From Candidatus Deferrimicrobiaceae bacterium (GTDB lineage Bacteria; Desulfobacterota; Deferrimicrobia; Deferrimicrobiales; Deferrimicrobiaceae): a stretch of DNA of 64,000 nt. This document shows, piece by piece, positions 1 through 8,514 of this stretch (positions are counted from its first letter, which is position 1; every line of letters begins with the position of its first letter). Both the position numbers and the translations under genes were made by a program. Below the pieces are notes generated by a model. It saw only the letters and a list, made by a program, of their open reading frames with translations, was not told the origin of the DNA and did no database searches. Location of the stretch: the NCBI GenBank assembly GCA_963792415.1, contig CAWBVY010000004.1, forward strand, positions 224,001 through 288,000, written 5' to 3'.

Positions 1-1
1 A

Positions 2-694
2 CAGCGGCTCGCGGCGTGGCTCACGAAGATCTCCCGGCTCGAGCAGGTCGCGTCGCGCGCGGAACGGCGGGGGCTGCCCGCCTTCGTCTTCCTCTCGCTG
101 GCGGCGAAGGGGAAGGAAGGGGCGGAGGCGCTCTCGACGGAGAAGGCCGCGCAGAAATTCTTCAAGGCGTTGCTCGCCGAATGGAAGGTGTCGCGACCCG
201 ACGTGACGAACGCGGGGTTCTCGTTCGACCCGGACCCCGATTCCGACGTCGAGGGGGTGCGGGCGCGCCTCTCGTGGAAGCGGGGCGGGCTGCCGATGGA
301 TTGCCTCGTGGGCCGGCACCTTATGGAGTCGCCCGACCTTCGGGAAGCGGGATCGCTCTCCGCGCAGATCGTGGAGACGCTGCCGCCGCCGTACCGGCTG
401 GAAGGGGAGGGGAGCTTTCCCGAGGCCGACGGACCCCTGTGCCTGCTGGGACAGGTGCTGGACGCCGCGAAGAAGGGGCAGACGATCCAGCGGTACAAAG
501 GCCTGGGCGAGATGAACCCCGACCAGCTGTGGGAGACGGCGATGAACCCCGAGTCGCGCGAGCTGCTGCGCGTTGAGCTGGGGGACGAGACCGACGCCGA
601 CGAGATCTTCTCCCGGCTGATGGGCGACCAGGTCGAGCCGCGCCGCGAATTCATCGAGCAGAACGCGCTGAACGTCTCGTCCCTGGATATCTGA
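2..694 (+). CDS. gyrB: DNA gyrase subunit B, C-terminal part (5' truncated by window)
   Basis: C-terminal motif [21 protein letters not shown]...[25 protein letters not shown]. Frame 2 is open from the window start. Confidence 0.97.
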   Translation, partial: QRLAAWLTKISRLEQVASRAERRGLPAFVFLSLAAKGKEGAEALSTEKAAQKFFKALLAEWKVSRPDVTNAGFSFDPDPDSDVEGVRARLSWKRGGLPMDCLVGRHLMESPDLREAGSLSAQIVETLPPPYRLEGEGSFPEADGPLCLLGQVLDAAKKGQTIQRYKGLGEMNPDQLWETAMNPESRELLRVELGDETDADEIFSRLMGDQVEPRREFIEQNALNVSSLDI

Positions 695-1045
695 TCCGGC
701 GGCCTGCGGACGTTCGTCCGGCCGCGTTCTCCGGGCGCCGACGGAGCCGGCACGGAAATCCCACCGCGGGAGCGGCCTCTGGCGGACCAGCGATGAATCC
801 GGGTCCGTACCGGAAGAGATCCGTTGCCGAGAGTGCACGTTCGGCCCACACCCGGTATCATCCTCCCGCGATTCCGGCCGAAAGGAAAATCCCCTCGTTC
901 CGCAGGTCAAAGAACGGGGACCGGGCGCGTCGTGCAGGCGTCCAGCGCGGTTCCCGGGCCGGGACAACATCAGGACAAATGCAAATAAATTCATAAAAAC
1001 AACAACTTGTAGTTTATTAACGGGGGGTTCCGACGGGGAGTATCG

Positions 1046-1110
1046 TTGACTTGACACGTTATGAAAGAGCATGACAATATGTGACATATTTTGACCTGGA
1101 TTGAGAGAAT
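1046..1110 (+). promoter_or_regulatory. sigma70 promoter overlapped by a phased 10-bp repeat operator (DeoR-type)
   Basis: TTGACA at 1051-1056. TGA(C/A/G) recurs at 1052, 1062, 1072, 1082, 1092 and 1102. Palindrome AATATGT-G-ACATATT at 1076-1090. Confidence 0.7.
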
Positions 1111-1915
1111 CTATTTGGACCTCAATGGCGAAAAGATCGATCTGATCCCGGCTCGGCGCCGCAGCATGATATTGGAACTGATCCGACAGCAAACTTCCGT
1201 CTCGGTGCAGGAGTTGGCGCAAAATGTCGGGATCTCCCTCTCTACTGCCCGGCGGGACCTGGATGCGCTGAGCAGGCTGGGATTCATCGAACGCAGTTAC
1301 GGCGGGGCGATATTACCTCTGGCCCTGGGCACCGCCGCCGAGCTGGACCTCGGAATTTCCGCGCATTTTTCCCACGAGGAAAAGAAGGCGATCGGCCGCG
1401 TGGCGGCCGAACTCCTGCTCGACCGGCAGACCGTTCTTTTCGATTCCGGTTCCACGGTAATGGAAATTGCGCGGCGGGTTGTGGAAAAGGGGCTTCGGCT
1501 GACCGCCGTGACCAATGACGTGAAAATGGCGGGGTTGTTCGCCAGGTCGACGGCGATTCAGGTCGTCGTCCTGGGAGGCACGATGCGGCCCGGCTCTCCC
1601 ACACTGGTTGGCGAACCGGGGCTGGGTTTTCTCAAATCCCTCCACGTCGACGTTTCCTTCATCGGCATTCACGCGGTCAAGGGCGCCAGGCTCTGCGAGA
1701 CGACGATCGATCTCGCCGTGTTGAAGCGCGGTATGCTGGATGCGGCAGAGTACGGAGTCCTAGTGGCGGATGCCGGCAAGTTCGGCGCCACGGCGTTCTG
1801 TGACGTCTGCGACGTAAGCAAGTTGGATGAAATCATCACCGACAGCCGCCTTGAGGCGCCGAGGCGGAAGGAGCTCGAGGATCTGGGGGTCAAGCTTCGG
1901 ATCGCTTCCGGATAA
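1091..1915 (+). CDS. DeoR/GlpR family transcriptional regulator (true start possibly TTG 1115)
   Basis: HTH ...SVQELAQNVGISLSTARRDLDAL...IERSYGGA and sensor-domain motifs EEKKAIG, LFDSGST, ADAGKFG. Confidence 0.95.
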   Translation: MTWIERIYLDLNGEKIDLIPARRRSMILELIRQQTSVSVQELAQNVGISLSTARRDLDALSRLGFIERSYGGAILPLALGTAAELDLGISAHFSHEEKKAIGRVAAELLLDRQTVLFDSGSTVMEIARRVVEKGLRLTAVTNDVKMAGLFARSTAIQVVVLGGTMRPGSPTLVGEPGLGFLKSLHVDVSFIGIHAVKGARLCETTIDLAVLKRGMLDAAEYGVLVADAGKFGATAFCDVCDVSKLDEIITDSRLEAPRRKELEDLGVKLRIASG

Positions 1916-1934
1916 TAAGGAGGAGGAGGAGAAC

Positions 1935-2966
1935 ATGAAAAGCAGGCGAGTAAAAAAACCAGGAGGTGTTCAGATGGGTCGATCCAGAAAAGCCGTGGGA
2001 TTGCTGCTTGCGTCTCTCGTATTGGGAGGGCTGATCGCAACAGGCGCCATCGCGGCGTCCGACTACCCGACCAAGTCGATCGCCGTTCTTCAAGGGTTTA
2101 AGCCTGGCGGGGGAAGCGATGCGCTGGCTACGCTGACGCAGCCCTTCCTGGAGAAGATCCTTGGCAAGAGCTTCGTGAATCAGTACATCCCCGGAGCGAC
2201 GGGCGCCATCGCGTGGACGCAGCTTTCGAAGTCGACGCGGCCCGACGGGTACACCGTCTCGATCACCAACACGCCGATGCTGATGACCAATTACATCATG
2301 AATCCTGAGATTACCTACAATATCAACGAGTTGACCCCTATCGCCAACGTGGTAACCGACCCGGGCATTATCGTCGTCGGCAAGGACAGCCCGTACAAAA
2401 CGATCCAGGAATTTCTGGCGGCCGTAAAGAAGAGTCCCGGCATGATCACCGTGGGAAATTCCGGCATCGGCGGTGACGATTTCTTCACGACGCTGATCTT
2501 CGAAAAGGCGAGCGGGCTCAAGTTCCAGATGGTCCCGTTCCAGGGCGACGGCCCCTCCTGGCAGGCGGCCATGGGGGGAAAGATCGACGCAAGCTTCAAC
2601 AATCTCGGGATCACGTTCCCGCAGATCAAGGCCGGCAACCTGCGCGCCCTGGCGCTCTTCGCCGAGAAACGCGATCCGAACATCCCGGACGTTCCCACGA
2701 TGAAGGAACTCGGCTACGACGTCGTCTCCGGCTCTTCGCGCGGCTACAGCGCCCCGAAGGGGATTCCCGCCGAGGCCCGCGACACGCTGATCAAGGCGTT
2801 CGCCAAGATGGCGGAAGATCCGGCCTTCAAGAAAGCGGCTGCCGATCGGGCGCTGCCCATCGACATGAAACTCGGCGATGCCTACACCGACTACCTGCAG
2901 AAGCAGGAGAAGACCTTCGGCAAGATCTGGGACGAGGTCAAGAGCCAGTACCAGGGCAAGAAGTAA
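1935..2966 (+). CDS. tctC: Tripartite tricarboxylate transporter substrate-binding protein (TctC/Bug family); alternative start 1974
   Basis: YPTKSI, PGGGSD, PGATGAIA, PDGYT, PDVPTMKELG motifs plus signal peptide. Confidence 0.93.
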   Translation: MKSRRVKKPGGVQMGRSRKAVGLLLASLVLGGLIATGAIAASDYPTKSIAVLQGFKPGGGSDALATLTQPFLEKILGKSFVNQYIPGATGAIAWTQLSKSTRPDGYTVSITNTPMLMTNYIMNPEITYNINELTPIANVVTDPGIIVVGKDSPYKTIQEFLAAVKKSPGMITVGNSGIGGDDFFTTLIFEKASGLKFQMVPFQGDGPSWQAAMGGKIDASFNNLGITFPQIKAGNLRALALFAEKRDPNIPDVPTMKELGYDVVSGSSRGYSAPKGIPAEARDTLIKAFAKMAEDPAFKKAAADRALPIDMKLGDAYTDYLQKQEKTFGKIWDEVKSQYQGKK

Positions 2967-2977
2967 GGCGGCATGTC

Positions 2978-3008
2978 CCGGAGCGGGGGCGTTCGGCTCC
3001 CGCTCCGG
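2978..3008 (+). other. Intergenic stem-loop after tctC (mRNA stabiliser or partial terminator)
   Basis: CCGGAGCGGGGG...CTCCCGCTCCGG inverted repeat. Confidence 0.5.
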
Positions 3009-3029
3009 AACCCCCAGGAGAGAATACGA

Positions 3030-3482
3030 ATGAATCGCCTGGCCCCGTATCTTCTGTTCGCCGGAGCCGTTGACTCCCTGGCGGTCGTCTTTTACGTAAA
3101 CACCCTCAGAATGCCGAAGGCGGCGTATCAGATGCCGCGCATCCTGATCGCCCTGGTGCTCCTGCTGTCGGTGCTCATGATCGTCGAGCAGCTCCTCCTG
3201 ATGCGGAAAACCCCCTCCGCGGAAAACGGCAACGACATTCCCGTGGAAATCAGCCCCATCCGGATCGGCGTGTTCGTATCCCTGATCCTCGCGTACGTCC
3301 TGACCATCGTGCCCCTGGGGTATTTCATCGCGACGCCGGTGTTCCTGATCGGATCCCTCCTTTTTCTCAGATCGACGAAGATGCACTGGATATTGGCGAT
3401 CGCGGTCGGTTTTACGGGATTCGTCTACCTGCTGTTCGTGCTTTTTCTGCACATGCCGGTACCCATGGGCCTGCTGGGCTAG
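3030..3482 (+). CDS. tctB: TTT small membrane subunit TctB
   Basis: About 4 TM helices, LGYFIATPVF and LF..FL.MPVP.G tail; lies between tctC and tctA. Confidence 0.88.
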   Translation: MNRLAPYLLFAGAVDSLAVVFYVNTLRMPKAAYQMPRILIALVLLLSVLMIVEQLLLMRKTPSAENGNDIPVEISPIRIGVFVSLILAYVLTIVPLGYFIATPVFLIGSLLFLRSTKMHWILAIAVGFTGFVYLLFVLFLHMPVPMGLLG

Positions 3483-3499
3483 GATATGGAGATTTCCCC

Positions 3500-5023
3500 G
3501 TGATTTTCGACGCCGTCCTCACCGGCTTGACGGGAGTGATGTCGCCGCTCAACCTCCTGCTCATCGCGGGTGGAACGGCGATCGGTATCTTCGTGGGGGC
3601 GATGCCCGGCCTTTCGGCGACGATGGCGATCGCGCTCCTGCTTCCGCTGACCTTCCCGCTTCCCCCGGCATCGGGTTTAAGCATGCTCGCTTCCCTCTAC
3701 ATGGGAGCCATGTACGGCGGGTCGATCGCGGCCATCCTGCTTCGGACCCCGGGAACCCCGGCGGCAGCTGCCACCGTGCTCGACGGATATCCGATGGCCC
3801 GGAACGGGCAGGCGGGAAAAGCGCTGGGCGTGTCCCTGGTCGCGTCGTTCATCGGGGGCCTGATCAGCAGTATCGGGCTGCTGACCGTCGCGCCGGTGCT
3901 TGGCAAGATCGCGCTGGAGTTCGGCCCCGTGGAGCTTTTCGCCGTAGCCGTGCTCGGACTCACGATCATCGCGTCCCTTTCCCGCGGCTCCACGATTCTC
4001 GGACTGATCTCGGGTGTGCTGGGTGCCCTCTTCGCCATGGTCGGGATGGACAACATCACCGGCGTGCCCCGGTTCACCTTCGGGAACATCAACCTGTTCA
4101 GCGGGATTTCCTTCGTCGTGGCGTTGATCGGCCTGTTCTCCATTCCACAGGCGATCCGGCTGATCGAAAGGAAGGAGGACGCGAAGCGGGAGCTGGTGGT
4201 CAACAGAATCACCGATAAGATGCTGCCGACGTGGAAGGAGTTCAAAGGGATGGCCGTGACCATCGTCCGCTCGTCTTTCATCGGGCTTGTCGTCGGCCTG
4301 ATCCCCGGAACCGGCGGCGACACCGCATGCTGGTTCGGCTATAACGAAGCGAAACGCTTCTCGAAACACAAAGAGAAGTTCGGAACCGGCATTCCGGAGG
4401 GGGTTGCTGCCGCGGAAGCCGCGAACAACGCGGTGGTCGGCGGCGCGCTGATCCCGACCATCTCGTTGGGGATCCCGGGCAGCTCCTCCACGGCAGTCCT
4501 CATGGGCGGCCTGATGGTGCACGGGATCATGCCCGGCCCGTCGCTGATGTCCGAATATGCCGACGTGACCTACACGTTGATCTGGGCGGTGGTTCTTTCC
4601 AATTTCGCGATGCTTTTCCTGGGGTTGCTCTTGACGCGCATGAGCATCTCCGTTACCCGGGTCAAGGACAGAATCATGGCCCCCCTGATCATCGTCCTGT
4701 GCGTGATCGGCTCCTTTTCCATCAACAACAATATATTCGACGTAATCCTGATGTTCGCTTTCGGGATTCTCGGGTACGTCATGGACAAGCTGAAGATTCC
4801 CACGGCGCCGATGGTGGTCGGACTGATTCTCGGGGACATGTTCAATGTAACCCTCCACCAATCGCTTTTGATCAGTCACGGCAGTTGGGCCGTTTTCGCA
4901 AAGAACCCCATCTCGGCAACGCTCCTTGCGATAGCGTTCTTATCCCTTCTGCAGTCCACACCGTTGTTTTCCTGGGTTCGCAAATACGGTTTCGCCAAGA
5001 ACGGGAGGTCTTCCATTGAGTGA
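3500..5023 (+). CDS. tctA: TTT large membrane subunit TctA
   Basis: GAMPGLSATMAIALLLP, YMGAMYGGSI.AIL.RTPGTP, DGYPMA, AEAANNA, LGIPGS motifs. Confidence 0.96.
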   Translation: MIFDAVLTGLTGVMSPLNLLLIAGGTAIGIFVGAMPGLSATMAIALLLPLTFPLPPASGLSMLASLYMGAMYGGSIAAILLRTPGTPAAAATVLDGYPMARNGQAGKALGVSLVASFIGGLISSIGLLTVAPVLGKIALEFGPVELFAVAVLGLTIIASLSRGSTILGLISGVLGALFAMVGMDNITGVPRFTFGNINLFSGISFVVALIGLFSIPQAIRLIERKEDAKRELVVNRITDKMLPTWKEFKGMAVTIVRSSFIGLVVGLIPGTGGDTACWFGYNEAKRFSKHKEKFGTGIPEGVAAAEAANNAVVGGALIPTISLGIPGSSSTAVLMGGLMVHGIMPGPSLMSEYADVTYTLIWAVVLSNFAMLFLGLLLTRMSISVTRVKDRIMAPLIIVLCVIGSFSINNNIFDVILMFAFGILGYVMDKLKIPTAPMVVGLILGDMFNVTLHQSLLISHGSWAVFAKNPISATLLAIAFLSLLQSTPLFSWVRKYGFAKNGRSSIE

Positions 5024-6122
5024 AATGAACATTGCAACGGCGATGACGGGGCTGGTTTCCTATCCGAACGGAGATATCAGGCTCACCGAGGTACCGGTCC
5101 CCAGGCTCGGCGAAAACCCGTTCTCCCCGCGGGACGTCCTGTGCGAGGTCGCGTACTGCGGCATCTGTGGAAGCGACATCCACAAGTGGCTTGACGAGAA
5201 AAAAGGGAATATGAAACACGTTCCCAAGGCCGTAGTCGGAGGACACGAAATCGTCTCCGTCGTGCGCGAAGTCGGAAAGAAGGTTACCCGCTTCCGGCCC
5301 GGCGACCGGGTGGTGCACGAGATCGTGACCTTCTACTGCGGTGAATGTCCGGCGTGTCTTGAGGGACGCTTCAACATCTGCAACAAGATTCCGCCGATGG
5401 AGGGGCGCGCGCACTTCATGACGGGCGGCGGTTTCGCCAAATATGTGATGTGGCCGGAGCAGCAACTCCACAAGCTGCCGGACTCCATCGGGAGCAAGGA
5501 AGCCGTGCTGATGGAACCGACGGCGGGAAGCATCCACAGCATCATCACCCGGATGGGCGTCAAGGCCGGGGAATCGGTCGCCATCCTTGGCCCCGGTGCG
5601 CGCGGGCTGCTTCTGCTGCAGGTCTGTCTGGCCATCGGGGCCGGCCCCATCGTCATGACCGGCCTCACGCGGGACGAGTCGTTTCGCCTGGCGATGGCGA
5701 GGAAACTGGGGGCCGACCGGATCGTCAATGTGGAAAAGGAGGATATCCGGGACGTCGTCCGGGAAATGACCAACGGGATCGGCGTGGACGTTGTGTTGGA
5801 AAACACCGGCTCGGTCGCCCCGATCGAGGAATCGCTCGATATCGTCCGCAAGGGCGGGAGGGTCCTGTGGGCCGGCGGCGGGATCCGGGGCGGAATCGTC
5901 GCGCCGGTGGACACGTACAAGATCATCGTCAAGGAGATCGATGTAAAAGGAGAGATCTCGCAGATTCCCTACGACTGGAAAACGGCGATCCATCTGGTTT
6001 CCGCCGGGAAAGTCGATCTGAAATCGCTCGTGACCCACGAGTTCCCGCTCCCGGACTGGAAGAAAGGGTTCGATCTTGCCGCCACGAGTCCGGAGTGCCT
6101 GCGCGTGGCGCTGAAGCCGTGA
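5016..6122 (+). CDS. Zn-dependent medium-chain dehydrogenase (sorbitol/threonine DH-like)
   Basis: CGICGSD, GHE, structural Zn CGECPAC...C, Rossmann GPGARG. SD GGGAGG 7 nt before TTG 5016. Confidence 0.92.
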   Translation: MSEMNIATAMTGLVSYPNGDIRLTEVPVPRLGENPFSPRDVLCEVAYCGICGSDIHKWLDEKKGNMKHVPKAVVGGHEIVSVVREVGKKVTRFRPGDRVVHEIVTFYCGECPACLEGRFNICNKIPPMEGRAHFMTGGGFAKYVMWPEQQLHKLPDSIGSKEAVLMEPTAGSIHSIITRMGVKAGESVAILGPGARGLLLLQVCLAIGAGPIVMTGLTRDESFRLAMARKLGADRIVNVEKEDIRDVVREMTNGIGVDVVLENTGSVAPIEESLDIVRKGGRVLWAGGGIRGGIVAPVDTYKIIVKEIDVKGEISQIPYDWKTAIHLVSAGKVDLKSLVTHEFPLPDWKKGFDLAATSPECLRVALKP

Positions 6123-6142
6123 GCGGAAGGAGCGACGTCCCG

Positions 6143-7411
6143 ATGAACGTCTTCAACGAGCTTCTCGACCACATACCCGTTCCCCGGATGGTCCGCGCCC
6201 GGCAGAGCTACGAGCGTCCGGTCCTGGCAAACCCCGAAGAGGAGTTCCGCACGCGCCTCCGCGGCAGCGGCGTCCTTTCTGCGATCCGGAAGGGGATGAC
6301 GATCGCGATCGCCGTGGGCAGCCGCGGCATCAGCAACCAGCCGCTCGTCGTGCGTGCCCTGGTGGCGGAGCTCAAAGGGGCGGGCGCGCAGCCGTTCCTC
6401 GTTCCGGCCATGGGATCCCACGGCGGCGCCACCGCCGAAGGGCAGAAGGCGATGCTCGAGGGGTTGGGCTTCGGCGAGGAGTGCGTCGGCGCCCCCATCC
6501 GGGCGACGATGGAGACGGTGGAGCTGGGATCCGCGGGGCCGGATCTTCCGGCGCACATCGACCGGATCGCCCACGCGGCGGACGGCATCGTCCTCGTCAA
6601 CCGCATCAAGCCGCACGTCGCATTTCGGGGCCCGTATGAAAGCGGTCTGGCCAAGATGATCACGATCGGGCTCGGGAAACAGAGAGGGGCCGAGATCTGC
6701 CACGACCTGGGGTTCGGAAAGATGGCCGAGCATATCCCCGCCATCGCCCGTACGATGCTCGCCCAGACCAAGATCCTTTTTGCCGTTGGGCTGCTGGAAA
6801 ATGCCTACCATGAAACCGCCCGGATCGAGGTGATTCCGGCGGCGGAGATCCTCGAGCGGGAGCCTGCCCTCCAGGAGGATGCAAAGCGGCTTTCGCCGCG
6901 GCTCGCGTTCGACCGTCTGGATGTGCTGGTGATGGACGAAATCGGGAAGGACATCAGCGGAACCGGTTTCGACACCAACGTGGCGGGCCGGTACCACACG
7001 CCGTACATCAGCGGCGGGCCGCAGATCACACGACTGGTCGTGCTGGACCTGACCGACAAGAGCCATGGGAACGGCAACGGCCTGGGAATCGTCGACTTCA
7101 CCACAAGGCGCGTGCTCGAGAAATTCCGCTTTGACCAAACCTATCCCAACGCGCTTACCTCGACGGTCCCCGCGAGCGTTAAGATCCCGATGGTGCTGGA
7201 AAGCGACCGTCATGCGTTCCAGGCCGCCATCCGGACCACCAACCTCGTCCGCAAGGAAGAGGTGCGTCTGGTGCGCATCAAGAACACGATCGATATGGAC
7301 GAGATCGAGATCTCGGAAAACCTGGTGGAGGAAGCACGCGGAAATCGCTCCCTCCAGGTGATCTCGGATGCGTTCACCCTGCCGTTCGATGCCAAGGGGA
7401 ATCTTCTTTGA
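6143..7411 (+). CDS. LarA (lactate racemase) superfamily / nickel-pincer-type isomerase homologue (DUF2088-like)
   Basis: IAIAVGSRGI, PAMGSHGGATAEGQ, NRIKPH..F.GPYESGLAKM..IGLGKQRGA, IGKDISGTGFDTNV.GR. ATG 6143 with SD AAGGAG. Confidence 0.8.
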   Translation: MNVFNELLDHIPVPRMVRARQSYERPVLANPEEEFRTRLRGSGVLSAIRKGMTIAIAVGSRGISNQPLVVRALVAELKGAGAQPFLVPAMGSHGGATAEGQKAMLEGLGFGEECVGAPIRATMETVELGSAGPDLPAHIDRIAHAADGIVLVNRIKPHVAFRGPYESGLAKMITIGLGKQRGAEICHDLGFGKMAEHIPAIARTMLAQTKILFAVGLLENAYHETARIEVIPAAEILEREPALQEDAKRLSPRLAFDRLDVLVMDEIGKDISGTGFDTNVAGRYHTPYISGGPQITRLVVLDLTDKSHGNGNGLGIVDFTTRRVLEKFRFDQTYPNALTSTVPASVKIPMVLESDRHAFQAAIRTTNLVRKEEVRLVRIKNTIDMDEIEISENLVEEARGNRSLQVISDAFTLPFDAKGNLL

Positions 7412-7494
7412 GCCGGAGAGGCGTCGTCGGAAGGAACTCCGGTGAATGACATTGCCCCATCGCCTTCCCAATTCATTCCAATGAAGGGTTGCGT

Positions 7495-8484
7495 ATGACG
7501 CGTCCCGTTCTGGGCGTGACCATCGGTGATCCGGCGGGCGTAGGGCCCGAGATCTGCATCAAGGCGCTGACCCGGAAGGAAGTCGTCGAGATCTGCCGTC
7601 CCGTGTTCTACGGCGATGAAGGGGTGCTGCGGCGTGCGATGAAGGTCGTGCCCACGCCGGTGGAACTGCACCGGATCGGACAGGCGGCGGAGTTCCGGGA
7701 CGGGGTCATGAATGTGATCTCCCTCGACAATATGCCGGACAACTGGGAGTACGGAAGAGTCCAGGCCGCGTGCGGCAGGGCGGCGTTCGAGTACATCGTC
7801 CGGGCAGTGGAGGACGCCAAGGAGAGGAAGATCGCGGGAGTGGTCACCGGGCCGATCAACAAGGAATCGATGAACTTGGCCGGGATGAACTACGCGGGAA
7901 TGACCGAAGTCTTCGCGGAACTGACCGGGACAAAGGATTACTCGATGATGCTGACGGGTGGACCGCTGAAGGTGATCCATGTCTCGACGCACCTCTCGAT
8001 GCGCGAAGCCGTCGAACGGGTCAGGAAGGAGAGGGTTCTGCGGGTCATTCGCCTCGCTGACGCGAGCCTCCGGGACTTGGGGTACGCGCGTCGCCGGATC
8101 GCCGTGGCGGGACTGAACCCGCATTCCGGCGAGAACGGCCTGTTCGGCACCGAGGAGGCGCAGGAAGTGGTCCCGGCCATCGAGGCGGCGAAGGGGGAAG
8201 GGCTGGACGTTACCGGGCCGGTGCCTCCCGACACGGTCTTCATGAAAGCGGCGACGGGAATGTTCGACATCGTCGTGGCCATGTACCACGATCAGGGGCA
8301 CATTCCGTTGAAGCTCCTCGATTTCATGGGAGGGGTGAACGTTACGGTCGGCATACCGATCCTCCGTACCTCCGTCGACCACGGCACGGCATTCGATATC
8401 GCCGGCAAGGGCACCGCCGACGAGACGAGCATGGTCAAGGCCATCGAGCTGTGTGTCCAGTTCGCCCTCAACCGGAGAAAGTAG
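7495..8484 (+). CDS. pdxA2: PdxA-family dehydrogenase; PdxA2-type (4-phospho-tetronate dehydrogenase) by context
   Basis: GDPAGVGPE, GLNPHSGENGLFG.EE, GPVPPDT, AMYHDQGHIP.K, RTSVDHGTAFDIAGKG. Co-located with a DUF1537 kinase, and a second housekeeping pdxA lies at 62614. Confidence 0.88.
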   Translation: MTRPVLGVTIGDPAGVGPEICIKALTRKEVVEICRPVFYGDEGVLRRAMKVVPTPVELHRIGQAAEFRDGVMNVISLDNMPDNWEYGRVQAACGRAAFEYIVRAVEDAKERKIAGVVTGPINKESMNLAGMNYAGMTEVFAELTGTKDYSMMLTGGPLKVIHVSTHLSMREAVERVRKERVLRVIRLADASLRDLGYARRRIAVAGLNPHSGENGLFGTEEAQEVVPAIEAAKGEGLDVTGPVPPDTVFMKAATGMFDIVVAMYHDQGHIPLKLLDFMGGVNVTVGIPILRTSVDHGTAFDIAGKGTADETSMVKAIELCVQFALNRRK

Positions 8485-8514
8485 CGGCATTCCCATCCGC
8501 GCGGAGAAAACAAA

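Noticed and set aside
695-1045. Search for an att site, tRNA or integrase at the gyrB junction; small ORF 793-996
   Set aside because: No tRNA fold, recombinase or direct repeat matching the gyrA side was seen. The small ORF has no motif or SD.
5450-6142. Apparent long N-terminal extensions or fusions in the ORF track (5450-7411, 22851-24830, 25367-27418, 30363-32309, 32299-33768, 55401-59660, 60722-62587)
   Set aside because: The extensions overlap real upstream genes in another frame; internal starts with SD or stop-start overlaps explain the proteins.
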